Assembly (NCBI GenBank): GCA_963722385.1
Contig: CAVRKK010000002.1
Span: 864,001 to 928,000, forward strand
Length of the DNA stretch: 64,000 nt
From: an uncultured bacterium
GTDB taxonomy: Bacteria > Babelota > Babeliae > Babelales > Babelaceae
Direction of reading: 5' to 3'
The first letter of the stretch is position 1. Each line of letters starts with the position of its first letter. Both the position numbers and the translations under genes were made by a program. Below are positions 46,580 through 56,095 of the stretch, piece by piece. The notes under the pieces are model-generated. The model did no database searches. It saw only the letters and a program-made list of their open reading frames with translations, and was not told the origin of the DNA.

Positions 46580-46745
46580 CCTAATCGCTCCGCCTTGTAG
46601 GTTAGCATATGTCTTATTTGCCCGTGATTCATTTGATGTATTTTTTGGTTTGCTTTACTTCCTAGATCAGTGTTTTGCCTTATATTACGTATATTGCCAA
46701 TATGCAATTACGATTCAAACGACATTACGCTGTTTAAGGTAAATT
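46580..46745 (-). mobile_element. tnpB: IS200/IS605-family TnpB remnant
   Basis: IGNIRNIRQNTDLGSKANQKIHQMNHGQIRHMLTYKAERLGI resembles the TnpB RuvC-II/LxYKA region; stop and frameshift upstream. Confidence 0.7.
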
Positions 46746-46995
46746 CTGAGACTTTGGAAGCAGGCGTTTCTTGCCCATTGCCCTGCGATTCGAACCACCC
46801 CCTCGAGAGCAGCATAAGTGCCTCTATCAGGTGTTGGCTTATGGCATTGCAATTTTGAGCTAATAACGTATACTAAAAAAGTAAGTTTCTTGTCATGATG
46901 ACAGGCAAAACCTTGTTTTTTAGTCAGGGTGGTTACTGGTAGCTTGTAAAGCGGCCATACCTAAAAAACAAGTTGATTAACCCTTGGAGGATTAC

Positions 46996-47919
46996 ATGAT
47001 TGATTTGAAAAAACTCATCGAGGCGGGTGTTCATTTTGGCCACCAGACGTGGCGTTGGAACCCGAGAATGAAGCCCTATATTTGGGGTGAAAAAAACTCT
47101 ATTCATCTGATTGATGTTTCCAAAACAGCACGCCAGATGGAAAAAGCAGCACAATTTCTTGAGCAGGTGGCCAAAGAAGGCAAGCCCATTTTATGGGTAG
47201 GCACCAAAAAACCCGCCCAGCAAGCGATATTAGATGTTGCTCAAAAGTTGAAAAATCCCTATGTTACTCACCGATGGATTGGTGGAACACTTACCAATTT
47301 CCCTCAGGTCAAGAAGTCGGTTACCAAGCTTTTGCACTATGAAGATGTCCTTGCCAAGGCTAATGAGCATTTTTATACAAAGAAGGAGCTTGGCCTGCTT
47401 CACAAAATGGCCGAGCGTCACCGCAAAAATGTCGGTGGTATTACGAAGCTCGTGTGGCCGATTGGGGCTCTGTTTGTCGTTGATGTTAAAAAAGAGCATA
47501 CTGCCGTGAAAGAGGCTGCTGCTGCCGGCGTTCCTATCGTTGCTATTGTGGATACCAATAGTGACCCATCGCTCATTGATTACGTGATACCAGCCAATGA
47601 TGATATCGTCCGTTCAATCAGTACCATTTTGACGTATGTTTCGGATGCTGTTGATCGAGGCTATGCGCAGGCAGAAAAACACCCAGGCGAGATCAGCACG
47701 GAAAGCTATGCTGAGCGTCTTGCTCTTGATTTAGCTGGCGAAGAAGAAGAGGAAAAGGCAGCGCGACCACGCCGTGGGCGCAATGCTCGAGGCCGTCGTT
47801 CTTCTGGGGGTGGCCGTGGACCAGTTCGTCGTGCCCCTGGCGCGCGTGAGGCAGGAAGCCCTCCACAAGCGGCGGCACCAGCTGCAGAAGAAAGTGCTCC
47901 TGCAACGCCGGTTGAATAA
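46996..47919 (+). CDS. rpsB: 30S ribosomal protein S2 with long low-complexity C-tail
   Basis: LIEAGVHFGHQT..WNPRM, RWIGGTLTN, VDTNSDP..PANDD; GGAGG RBS. Confidence 0.97.
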   Translation: MIDLKKLIEAGVHFGHQTWRWNPRMKPYIWGEKNSIHLIDVSKTARQMEKAAQFLEQVAKEGKPILWVGTKKPAQQAILDVAQKLKNPYVTHRWIGGTLTNFPQVKKSVTKLLHYEDVLAKANEHFYTKKELGLLHKMAERHRKNVGGITKLVWPIGALFVVDVKKEHTAVKEAAAAGVPIVAIVDTNSDPSLIDYVIPANDDIVRSISTILTYVSDAVDRGYAQAEKHPGEISTESYAERLALDLAGEEEEEKAARPRRGRNARGRRSSGGGRGPVRRAPGAREAGSPPQAAAPAAEESAPATPVE

Positions 47920-47924
47920 ATTAC

Positions 47925-48016
47925 GGAGAGGTGTCTGAGTGGTCGAAAGAGCACGATTGGAAATCGTGTATGCCCGTAACAGGGCATCGAGGGTTCGAAT
48001 CCCTCTCTCTCCACCA
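47925..48016 (+). tRNA. tRNA-Ser (anticodon GGA)
   Basis: Cloverleaf with CACGA-tt-GGA-aa-TCGTG anticodon arm, long variable arm, GGTTCGAATCC, encoded CCA. Confidence 0.95.
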
Positions 48017-48028
48017 GGTCATAAACTT

Positions 48029-48112
48029 AGGAAGCCTGTAAAGGGCAGTTGTTTAATCTGTCAGGTTCGAGAGAAAGCAGCAGGAGCAACCAAGCCTTTG
48101 TACAGGCTTCCT
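48029..48112 (+). ncRNA. ffs: Signal recognition particle RNA (4.5S)
   Basis: Long hairpin AGGAAGCCTGTA...TACAGGCTTCCT enclosing GTCAGG-TTC-GAGA-GAA-AGCAGC domain IV motif; upstream of dnaX. Confidence 0.88.
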
Positions 48113-48182
48113 TTTTGGTTAATTGCGACAGTTTTTCTGTTATACTGATAACGTAGAAGAAAAACGTAATTGGGATGGTTGT

Positions 48183-49859
48183 ATGGATAACGCAGCGCTT
48201 AACCTGGCACGCGCATGGCGCTCTAAGACCTTTGATGAGATCATTGGGCAAGACCTTGCTGTCAGGCTCGTTAAAAACAGCCTCTTTAAGCAGCAGCTAT
48301 TCCCTGTTTATTTGCTTGCTGGTCAGCGGGGCTGTGGCAAAACGACGCTGGGAAGAGTTTTTGCAGCGGCAATTAATTGCGCTTTGCGTGACTCTTTCTC
48401 ACAACGCCCCCATGAGGTTGCCTTGCCCTGCTTAGCATGCCCATCATGTACGGCGATGCGCAACGGTGCACATCCTGACTTTTACGAGATTGATGCAGCA
48501 TCGCATACAGGTGTTGATAATGTGCGCGGGCTCATTGAGGCTGCGTCGTTTTTACCTGTGCTCGGCGCTAAAAAAATATATCTTATTGATGAAGCACATA
48601 TGCTGAGCAAAGCAGCATTTAATGCATTTCTCAAGATTCTTGAAGAACCACCTGCTCGGGTTGTCTTTATGTTGGCAACCACTGACCCCCACAAAATCTT
48701 GGATACGGTGCGTTCGCGCTGTTTTCAGCTTTTTCTTAATCCCATTGAGGTTGCCATTTTGCAGCAACACTTGAGCGTTATTTGCCAAAAAGAAGGACTA
48801 CCCTATGAGGATGAAGCTTTGCTTGCCATAGCTCTTGAGGCAGAAGGGTCGGTGCGTGATGCGCTCAACCTTCTTGAACGGTTGCGGCTTGGTTACGACG
48901 TGATAACATCTCAAGCGGTACTTAGTATACAAGGCGATATTGGTTATGAGGCAATTTTCGACCTCTTTGAGGCGGCATTTACGGCGCCGCCTGCCGTGCT
49001 GCTCGCCAATCTTGAAAAAGCAAGCATTAAGCAGCATGCAGGGGCACATCTTTGGAAAAAGATGGCTGAAGCCTTACGCGCCTTGATCGGTGCTTGTGTT
49101 GGTACGTTGCCCGCCGCCTTTATGCTTTATCACAACCGAGTGAGCGCTCTTGCGCGCAAGCTTTCTCTGGAGCAGTTGGTGGGAGCACTTGAGCTTTGGT
49201 ACCACCTGGAACCATTGTTTCTTAAGACGCAGCTCGCTGATGTGTTTGTTGAGATGGCATTGCTTCAGGTTAATCAAAAATTTTTACGAGCAAAGACCAA
49301 TGCCCAGCCCGAAAGTCCGCCAATTATCGAAAGCAGGCAGGCTCAAACAGCCCAGCCGAAGGATCAAGCAATAGCACATACACTGGAAACAGCACCCTGG
49401 CAACAATTCATTGAGCGCTTAAAAAAAGAGGATGACCCTCTGGTCCTTTCCATCTTTCGGCAAGCCGCTTTTATTGGCTATCAGGTGCCGAGCGTTAAAG
49501 TTCGTTTTGGTCAAAATCTGGTGTTTTTTAAAGAACTTCTGGTACAAACGACGACTGTCTGGCAGCCACTCTTAGCAGCGATTTTTGGCAATGAAGCGCT
49601 GCTTGATCCTGAGTTTACGGATAGCGCGTCTATTCCTCCACAAAAAATAAACTCTGAGGTGCCGCGCCCTAGGCTCGGAGAACAACAAAAAGAAGCTCAT
49701 CAGGTAACGGATGTCACCGGTACATTATCTGCTCCCGCACAAAAAGCAGCGTCATCACGATTGATTGGACAGGACTTGAAAAATAGTGAGCGATGGAAAA
49801 AAGTGCATACGGTTTTACGTATCTTTCCAGGCATCGTAACGGAAGAAAGAGGATCGTGA
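48183..49859 (+). CDS. dnaX: DNA polymerase III subunit gamma/tau
   Basis: WRSKTFDEIIGQ, GQRGCGKTT, EIDAAS, DEAHMLS..AFNAFLKILEEPP, SRC. Confidence 0.95.
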   Translation: MDNAALNLARAWRSKTFDEIIGQDLAVRLVKNSLFKQQLFPVYLLAGQRGCGKTTLGRVFAAAINCALRDSFSQRPHEVALPCLACPSCTAMRNGAHPDFYEIDAASHTGVDNVRGLIEAASFLPVLGAKKIYLIDEAHMLSKAAFNAFLKILEEPPARVVFMLATTDPHKILDTVRSRCFQLFLNPIEVAILQQHLSVICQKEGLPYEDEALLAIALEAEGSVRDALNLLERLRLGYDVITSQAVLSIQGDIGYEAIFDLFEAAFTAPPAVLLANLEKASIKQHAGAHLWKKMAEALRALIGACVGTLPAAFMLYHNRVSALARKLSLEQLVGALELWYHLEPLFLKTQLADVFVEMALLQVNQKFLRAKTNAQPESPPIIESRQAQTAQPKDQAIAHTLETAPWQQFIERLKKEDDPLVLSIFRQAAFIGYQVPSVKVRFGQNLVFFKELLVQTTTVWQPLLAAIFGNEALLDPEFTDSASIPPQKINSEVPRPRLGEQQKEAHQVTDVTGTLSAPAQKAASSRLIGQDLKNSERWKKVHTVLRIFPGIVTEERGS

Positions 49860-49862
49860 CCC

Positions 49863-51182
49863 ATGGCTAAGCAAGCAACGGTTGCCATTGTTGGGCGCAT
49901 GAATGTTGGTAAATCGACACTTTTTAATAGGCTCTCAAGCGCGGTTAAAACGCTCACCCTTGATTACGCGGGAGTAACGCGTGACATCATAAAGGACCAT
50001 GTTGAGTGGCGGGGCAAAAGCTTTGAGCTGATTGATACGGGTGGTATAAGCTTGCGTAAAAGTACGGATGAAATTGTTGAGAAGGTCCGCCAGTACGTCA
50101 TAGATTTAATACAAGAAGCGACTATTATTTTATTTGTTATCGATGGAACGGTTGGAGTTACCCTCGAAGAACGCGAGATTGCAGGCTTACTCCATGAGGC
50201 GGCAAAAAACGTTATTGTTGTTGTCAACAAGGCTGATCGTGCTCAAGCACATGAATTCAGCCATGAGGCACATGCGCTCGGCTATAAAGATGTGGTGGCT
50301 ATTTCGGCATCGCATGGTACAGGGATTGATGAACTTCTTGAAACTATCGTCGAAAAGCTGCCAGAAATCACGAAACTGGAGCATGAAAAAGCAGCCTATC
50401 GTGTAATGTTGCTCGGCAGGCCAAATGTAGGCAAATCGTCACTTATGAATGCTTTGCTCAGCTATGAGCGCTCTATCGTCTCAGCTCAGCCGGGTACAAC
50501 GCGCGAGCCCGTTACTGAGTCAATTTCTTTTTATAAAGAGCATATAGCTCTTACGGATACTCCTGGCATACGACGTAAACGTGCTATCAATACAGAGCTC
50601 GAGACGATGATGATCAAGAGTGCTTTTGGAGAGCTTCGGGATACTGATATTGTTGTATTGCTTATTGACGCCACCCAGGGTGAAATTGTTGACCAGGACC
50701 TTAAACTTGCCTTTTATGCCTTCACGCAGCAATACAAATCGCTCATTATCCTGGTTAATAAATCTGATATTGTTACGCCTGACGAGCAAGCGGAGCTCGA
50801 AGACAGCCTGGAATCTTACCGCTATATCATGAAAAAAGTCCCACGGCTCAGTATTTCATGTAAAACGGGAAAAAACGTTGGTCGTGTATTGCCGCTCATT
50901 CACGAAGTGTGGCAGCGCGCTCATAAGGCATTAACACAAGCCGAGCTTACGGCGCTTTTTGTGAGCGCATTGAGTCGTAAGCCTTTGATGCGTGCGCAGC
51001 AAGCGTTGACACTTCATAAGGCATATCAGGTCAAGCAGGCACCTTTGACCGTGGTTCTTGAGGTTAACAAGCCACCATTATTTGGGCCATCGCAGATTGC
51101 ATTTTTTGAAAACATATTACGGCAGGCCTATAACTTGATAGGGGTTCCTATCCGCTTCGTTGTTCGCAAGCCGCAGGCATAG
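49863..51182 (+). CDS. der: Ribosome biogenesis GTPase Der
   Basis: Two GTPase domains (GRMNVGKS/DTGG/NKAD; GRPNVGKS/DTPG/NKSD) plus KH-like C-terminus. Confidence 0.95.
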   Translation: MAKQATVAIVGRMNVGKSTLFNRLSSAVKTLTLDYAGVTRDIIKDHVEWRGKSFELIDTGGISLRKSTDEIVEKVRQYVIDLIQEATIILFVIDGTVGVTLEEREIAGLLHEAAKNVIVVVNKADRAQAHEFSHEAHALGYKDVVAISASHGTGIDELLETIVEKLPEITKLEHEKAAYRVMLLGRPNVGKSSLMNALLSYERSIVSAQPGTTREPVTESISFYKEHIALTDTPGIRRKRAINTELETMMIKSAFGELRDTDIVVLLIDATQGEIVDQDLKLAFYAFTQQYKSLIILVNKSDIVTPDEQAELEDSLESYRYIMKKVPRLSISCKTGKNVGRVLPLIHEVWQRAHKALTQAELTALFVSALSRKPLMRAQQALTLHKAYQVKQAPLTVVLEVNKPPLFGPSQIAFFENILRQAYNLIGVPIRFVVRKPQA

Positions 51183-51260
51183 CAGCATGATGGCTTGTTT
51201 TTTGTTCTTGTTTGGGGGTATACTGCATAGGTGTCCCCATCGAAACTAAGGGAGCTGTGC

Positions 51261-51605
51261 ATGGATAATAAGGCAAAGGTGACGATAACATTTCGCCACA
51301 TGGATCACTCAAGTGCGCTTGAGGAACATACGCTCAATCAGCTAGCAAAACTTGATAAATTTATTGATCAAGAAAGAACTCCTATTTTTGTTGAGTGCGT
51401 GCTTGAAGCGCAACGCACCCATCATCACCACCGCGTAGAGCTACGAGTAAAGACCCCCCATTATACGCTTAACGCGCATAAAGAAGGGCCCGAGATTTAT
51501 CAAGTTGTTATAGAAGCTACTGATGCTATGTGTCATGAGCTGGGCAGAGCGAAACAGGAATTTGTCGAAAAGACTAAACAAGGGCGACCGCCACGACCGG
51601 GATAA
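51261..51605 (+). CDS. hpf: Ribosome hibernation factor HPF/RaiA
   Basis: ITFRHMDHSSALEEH..KLDKF; GGGAG RBS. Confidence 0.88.
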   Translation: MDNKAKVTITFRHMDHSSALEEHTLNQLAKLDKFIDQERTPIFVECVLEAQRTHHHHRVELRVKTPHYTLNAHKEGPEIYQVVIEATDAMCHELGRAKQEFVEKTKQGRPPRPG

Positions 51606-51609
51606 ACGG

Positions 51610-53031
51610 TTACGCCGCAAGAAGATGTATTTTTACTGCTTGGCCGATTGCAAATGTGCCAATGGCGATGAGCGCCACTGCCATAATGTACTGGTAATAC
51701 CGTAAACGGGTGCTATCGGAGGCACTGACAATCCTGGTATAGTAAATGCCGAGCATGAATACTATAGATCCGGCCAGCAAAAGCACCGCGTCAAAAGGCA
51801 TTAGCAAAGTTAGGTAATAACTAGCAAGCAGAAATGCCATAAGGCCGAACAAACGCTTCAGCTCGAGCTGCCAAGGACTTGCAATGGTATCGATACCGAG
51901 CTCAGTTGCGCGGCTCCGGGCGCGTATCATAAGCGCGATACCTATCCCGAGGCCAAAAAGCCCTCTCGTGAGTTCATGGTAAAATGCTGTACCTCTCTCG
52001 GGTGTTGCTATAATAAAAAGAAGGGCAAGGCCCGAAGCAGCATAAGGCACCGCTAGTATTCCCGCCGTTACGCCTGCAAACAGACAAGCAACAGATCGCT
52101 GAGCTATCTTAGCGAGCGCCTTGGTTGCTAAGTTAGTGAAGGGCAGTTGAAAGAGCCCTACCAACGAAAGCGCCGAAAAGCCAAGAATAATGACAAGAAA
52201 AATAGTAAACCAGAGATTGCCGAGGCCATATAATAAGCCTACAAGAGCTCTATCATAGACTATGGCAAGGCACAGGCAAAAGCCAACTATGCATATGGCA
52301 CGTTCAATGTGTGATGAGCGGCTTACATGAGCAACGCGTGCCAAGGGGACAAGCGGGTAGCCGTAAGGAGTGAAACCAAGCAGAAGCCCCAAAAGAAAAG
52401 CGATAATAAGAATTAAGCCAGTAGCGTAGGTTTTCGTATATGTAGCATACAGGCTGCTGATGGCTAAAAATTTTTTGTGCATAATTTCTAAGCAAGCCCT
52501 AAAATGTTGGTATGTTGATGGCTTGGCTGGGGCCTCCATAAGGGCATTTTTGGTTATAGGTAGTTGCTCTTGCCTGGGAAGGAAGGGAGCAAAGGAAGGC
52601 GGTGGCTTGACCGCTTGAGCTATGGGCTCTAAAGGCAGTGTTGTGTGGGGGCTAAGAGCAAAGATGACGTGCTCAGGCTTATTGTCTGGCAAACGCAGAT
52701 ATGAAAGGTGAAGATTGGTTCCTGATGGCAATTCAGGAGCTTGGCTTTGTAAAAAAACGGTAAAAATTTCTTTATTTTCAGCATGGGGTCGCTTATTACT
52801 TTGCCACGATGTTACGGTAACGCCGGGCTGATCAACCGAAAAGGTCACTGAATCCTCAACGGGTTCCTGGGTACCCTCAAGTGGTAAGGAAATAGTTGCT
52901 TTAAAATCGGTTGGCGAGACCTTTTCGAGATCTACCAATGCAGCATCGCACAAGATGCTCGGTAAAATGAGCGCAGCAAAAGCGAGTGAGTGGCGTGAAA
53001 AAAAAATTGTTTGCAATTTTCCCTGCATCAT
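51610..53031 (-). CDS. DsbD/CcdA-like membrane protein lacking catalytic cysteines
   Basis: FLLGLLLGFTPYGYPLVP, GILAVPYAASG, FGLGIGI, PWQLELKRLFG follow the DsbD-beta pattern; exported N-terminal domain; no thioredoxin domain. Confidence 0.7.
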   Translation of the reverse strand: MMQGKLQTIFFSRHSLAFAALILPSILCDAALVDLEKVSPTDFKATISLPLEGTQEPVEDSVTFSVDQPGVTVTSWQSNKRPHAENKEIFTVFLQSQAPELPSGTNLHLSYLRLPDNKPEHVIFALSPHTTLPLEPIAQAVKPPPSFAPFLPRQEQLPITKNALMEAPAKPSTYQHFRACLEIMHKKFLAISSLYATYTKTYATGLILIIAFLLGLLLGFTPYGYPLVPLARVAHVSRSSHIERAICIVGFCLCLAIVYDRALVGLLYGLGNLWFTIFLVIILGFSALSLVGLFQLPFTNLATKALAKIAQRSVACLFAGVTAGILAVPYAASGLALLFIIATPERGTAFYHELTRGLFGLGIGIALMIRARSRATELGIDTIASPWQLELKRLFGLMAFLLASYYLTLLMPFDAVLLLAGSIVFMLGIYYTRIVSASDSTRLRYYQYIMAVALIAIGTFAIGQAVKIHLLAA

Positions 53032-53074
53032 TTACAATAAAAATAGAGCATCTTCTTGCTCGTATTTGTTTAAA

Positions 53075-53150
53075 GGGGTTGTAGCTCAGTTGGTAGAGCG
53101 CATGGATGGCATTCATGAGGTCACCGGTTCGATCCCGGTCAACTCCACCA
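53075..53150 (+). tRNA. tRNA-Ala (anticodon GGC)
   Basis: 76-nt cloverleaf, G3:U70 pair, GGC anticodon, GGTTCGATCCC, CCA. Confidence 0.96.
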
Positions 53151-53364
53151 TCTTATTGCCCATTTTCTCTAAAAAACAGCATTAGTATAGATCTTTTGGT
53201 CAGAAGTTGCAATTGCGGCATATTTGTACATTAAGCTGGCAAGATGATTGCGTAGCTTTCAAGAATCTGATTTTTACTAAAATATTAACTAAATTACTAT
53301 AGACATTTCATAGTTAATCTATTATGATAAATATTTGTTTTTTTATTAAAGGAGCGGTATTAAC

Positions 53365-53838
53365 ATGTTTAATAAATTTATCTTGAGAGCACTTTTAGTG
53401 AGCTTAGCGGCCATTAATGTTGCAGCAGCTGAGAAAAAGGAGTTGGTTATTGCTGAAAAGCCTGAAAGTCTGGCGGTGACAGATTTCGGCTCTGAACCAC
53501 TTCCGTCTCGGCAAGCCGTTGATAAACTTGTGCATTTTGCTGATGCTGAGGTCCAGGAAATGATATCTGTGTCGAAGGAAACGGGGTGGAAGCCCACAGA
53601 AACAGCTGATTCGATTGTTATCAGTAAGGCGACCTTCGATGCTCTCATAAAAGAATTCAAAGAGACGTCCTATTTTGGTTTACCCGGTTTAGCAAGCAGG
53701 GTAATTGAATATCAAGGCGAAGAATTCGTTCTAATGCCTAAGGACGCAATGCTAACTTTTGGCTTAGCGTTAACTGTTGGTAGCCTTATCCCAGTGCTTA
53801 TTTTTATCGGATACTTAGGCTATGCGACGCATAAATGA
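53365..53838 (+). CDS. Exported protein with C-terminal TM anchor
   Basis: AAGGAG RBS; signal peptide; C-terminal hydrophobic helix. Confidence 0.7.
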   Translation: MFNKFILRALLVSLAAINVAAAEKKELVIAEKPESLAVTDFGSEPLPSRQAVDKLVHFADAEVQEMISVSKETGWKPTETADSIVISKATFDALIKEFKETSYFGLPGLASRVIEYQGEEFVLMPKDAMLTFGLALTVGSLIPVLIFIGYLGYATHK

Positions 53839-53926
53839 CTTCACTGGAAAGGAAGATTGCAGGCCAGGTTAGAGGAAGAGCAGGTGGTTATTAGCCTCTG
53901 GTTGCCAACAAGCAGGGCTGGAGGGA

Positions 53927-54790
53927 CTACCGGCCGGTTATGGTGATATCGCCTTTGGTTACGTCGATGGTGATTGGTGGCCCTGAGGAGCCAAGTGTTC
54001 CCCGCGCTTCGCGTCGCATCCGCCCCCACGATTCTTTGGTGAGCACGGTGGTTCGAGCGGCCAGGGTGATAGGTATGGTGCACGTTAAGGTGCCTCTGAA
54101 AGTGCGCGCATTGAGGTCTGCATTGATTTTCTTAGGCAAAGCAAGCTTTATGTCCCCTTTTTCGATTGTTTCTATAAAGAGCGATCCCTTAGGGTCGAGC
54201 TTCTTTTGCGTAATAAAAATGGTGCCTCTTCCGGTCTTGGCCGTCAGGCTTTGTGCTGCTTCATGAATAGTTATCGTACCTCGCGATGTAGCGACATCAA
54301 GAGGGCAGTTGGTACCCTCTTCGACGGTGACCGGCCCGAGCTGACTTGTAACCATAATGCGTCCGATATCTTTAGGAACTGCAATAGTATAATCGACGGT
54401 AACAGAGCTTGATGGATCAGTTGTCATGGTCTTAACCGTAATTGTTGAGCGGCAGCTTTTTTCATCGTCCTCGATCAAGGGAACTACTGCTTTTTTATCG
54501 GGGACATCTGATACCACGAGCTCCGTCGAGGGCAGCTCTTCAGCAATGCCACGCTTTACCGCGGTGACCGTAAGCATGCCACGACTTGGACTCGGCTTAA
54601 TCGTGACCGAGCCATTCAAGGCGTGAACTGCCAAACAGGCTCCCGGTAAAAGCTTAGTATTTTTGGTTACTGTTTCTTCTTCTTTAAAAAAAGGAAGCGG
54701 CTTTTTCCACCAGGTCGCCTCAAGGCACCAGGAGCTTGCCAGCAATATAACCAATGTTCTTTTTTTGCCAATACGAGGAATCTGTATCAT
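53927..54790 (-). CDS. DUF4097/adhesin-like beta-strand repeat protein
   Basis: Repeated T(S)xGxI/V motifs (ALNGSVT, SQLGPVT, TSRGTIT, TGRGTIF, VTKGDIT); signal peptide. Confidence 0.75.
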   Translation of the reverse strand: MIQIPRIGKKRTLVILLASSWCLEATWWKKPLPFFKEEETVTKNTKLLPGACLAVHALNGSVTIKPSPSRGMLTVTAVKRGIAEELPSTELVVSDVPDKKAVVPLIEDDEKSCRSTITVKTMTTDPSSSVTVDYTIAVPKDIGRIMVTSQLGPVTVEEGTNCPLDVATSRGTITIHEAAQSLTAKTGRGTIFITQKKLDPKGSLFIETIEKGDIKLALPKKINADLNARTFRGTLTCTIPITLAARTTVLTKESWGRMRREARGTLGSSGPPITIDVTKGDITITGR

Positions 54791-54997
54791 ATTTCACTAT
54801 CCCCTGCGGCCTCGGCCGTCATAAAAGCCAAAGATCTCGATCTTTCTATTACCTACCATATTACAGAATAAAAATAAATGGTATATTAAATAAATGAAAG
54901 ATCAGATTTATTGGGCGTCGGCTTGACGCAATAAACTGTACTTGTCATAAAATTCAAGACGATTTAGTTCAAGCAACTTTTAATTACGGACGATCAA

Positions 54998-56077
54998 ATG
55001 AAACAGCTATTTTTAAGTATATGGTTAAGCGTGGCGGTGGCATGCTGTGCCGCTTCTGCTCCCCTAACAGAATCCTTAGGGCATTATGCCCTCCCTAATG
55101 GGACACTCGTTGATCAGGTCATGAGAAATTGTTCTATAACGCATGATGTAGAAGTGGTAGAAGGCTCTTTTAACCGGAGCTGGTATACGCCATCTTTGCT
55201 TGAAAAAACGATTTTTGCGTGCGACTTATGTGGTAGCCTGGCGCATTTTTTTGTACCCATGTTAAAGAATTATGCCGGCGGCACGTTTATGCTTGAGGTT
55301 AAAGGTGAAGCTGCTCATCAGTCTCATCTCGAGCGCTTATTGCACCTTGCTTCCCTCTATCATGAGATGGGCCACATCGCGCACCAAAACGGTAGGCTCG
55401 ACGAAAAGGTTAATGGGCGCTTATTTTTTAATAGAGAAGTGCAAGAGCATCAAGAAAAATTGCGTCATATACAAAAATTTGTTAAATCGCTGGGCTTTGG
55501 TCATGTATTTAAGCATGTTGCCGGAAGCGCTTTAGAAGATCAAGTATACACGGCACTTCTTAATCGCTCTGACTTTAAAGCCGACCTTGAGAGGATTGAT
55601 GAATTTCGAAGAGTCGGTAGCAATTTTCTTATGAACGTGAGCTCTCAGCTGGCGCTTGCGCAGATACTTTTACCTGACCTTAACGCTGTATTATGGGATG
55701 AGCCTGACTGTCAGATGTGCCGCAACAAAATGATTTATAAGCGCGGCAAAGAAAAAAGAGCTGACTTATTTGCTATCGATAAATTATGGCACAATGATCG
55801 CCTTGATGTTATTATAGCTAACATCTATCTGCATGGGTATTTAGGGTATAAAGCAGCTCGAAGCGATATTCACCCATCAGGCGCGGAGCGAGCCCTTTTT
55901 ATGATAGGATTTTTAGTGGCTCACGGTGTTGATGTTCTTGCGTATATGCATCAGTTTGAGCAGAGCTATCTTGATGAAATTAAAGAAAAAGGTGCGATCT
56001 ACCTTTTCAAGCAAGTCGTAAGTGAGCTCGTAAATGAGCACAGCGAACATGAAAATGTGGGTTCGTCGTTACTCTAA
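54998..56077 (+). CDS. Exported zincin metalloprotease-like protein (M48-like)
   Basis: HEMGH, EKRAD, HPS..ER motifs; signal peptide. Confidence 0.7.
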   Translation: MKQLFLSIWLSVAVACCAASAPLTESLGHYALPNGTLVDQVMRNCSITHDVEVVEGSFNRSWYTPSLLEKTIFACDLCGSLAHFFVPMLKNYAGGTFMLEVKGEAAHQSHLERLLHLASLYHEMGHIAHQNGRLDEKVNGRLFFNREVQEHQEKLRHIQKFVKSLGFGHVFKHVAGSALEDQVYTALLNRSDFKADLERIDEFRRVGSNFLMNVSSQLALAQILLPDLNAVLWDEPDCQMCRNKMIYKRGKEKRADLFAIDKLWHNDRLDVIIANIYLHGYLGYKAARSDIHPSGAERALFMIGFLVAHGVDVLAYMHQFEQSYLDEIKEKGAIYLFKQVVSELVNEHSEHENVGSSLL

Positions 56078-56095
56078 AATTGGTGGAAGGCAGGT

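Noticed and set aside
46780..46805. GGTTCGAATC tRNA T-loop-like sequence on minus strand
   Set aside because: No supporting T-stem or cloverleaf
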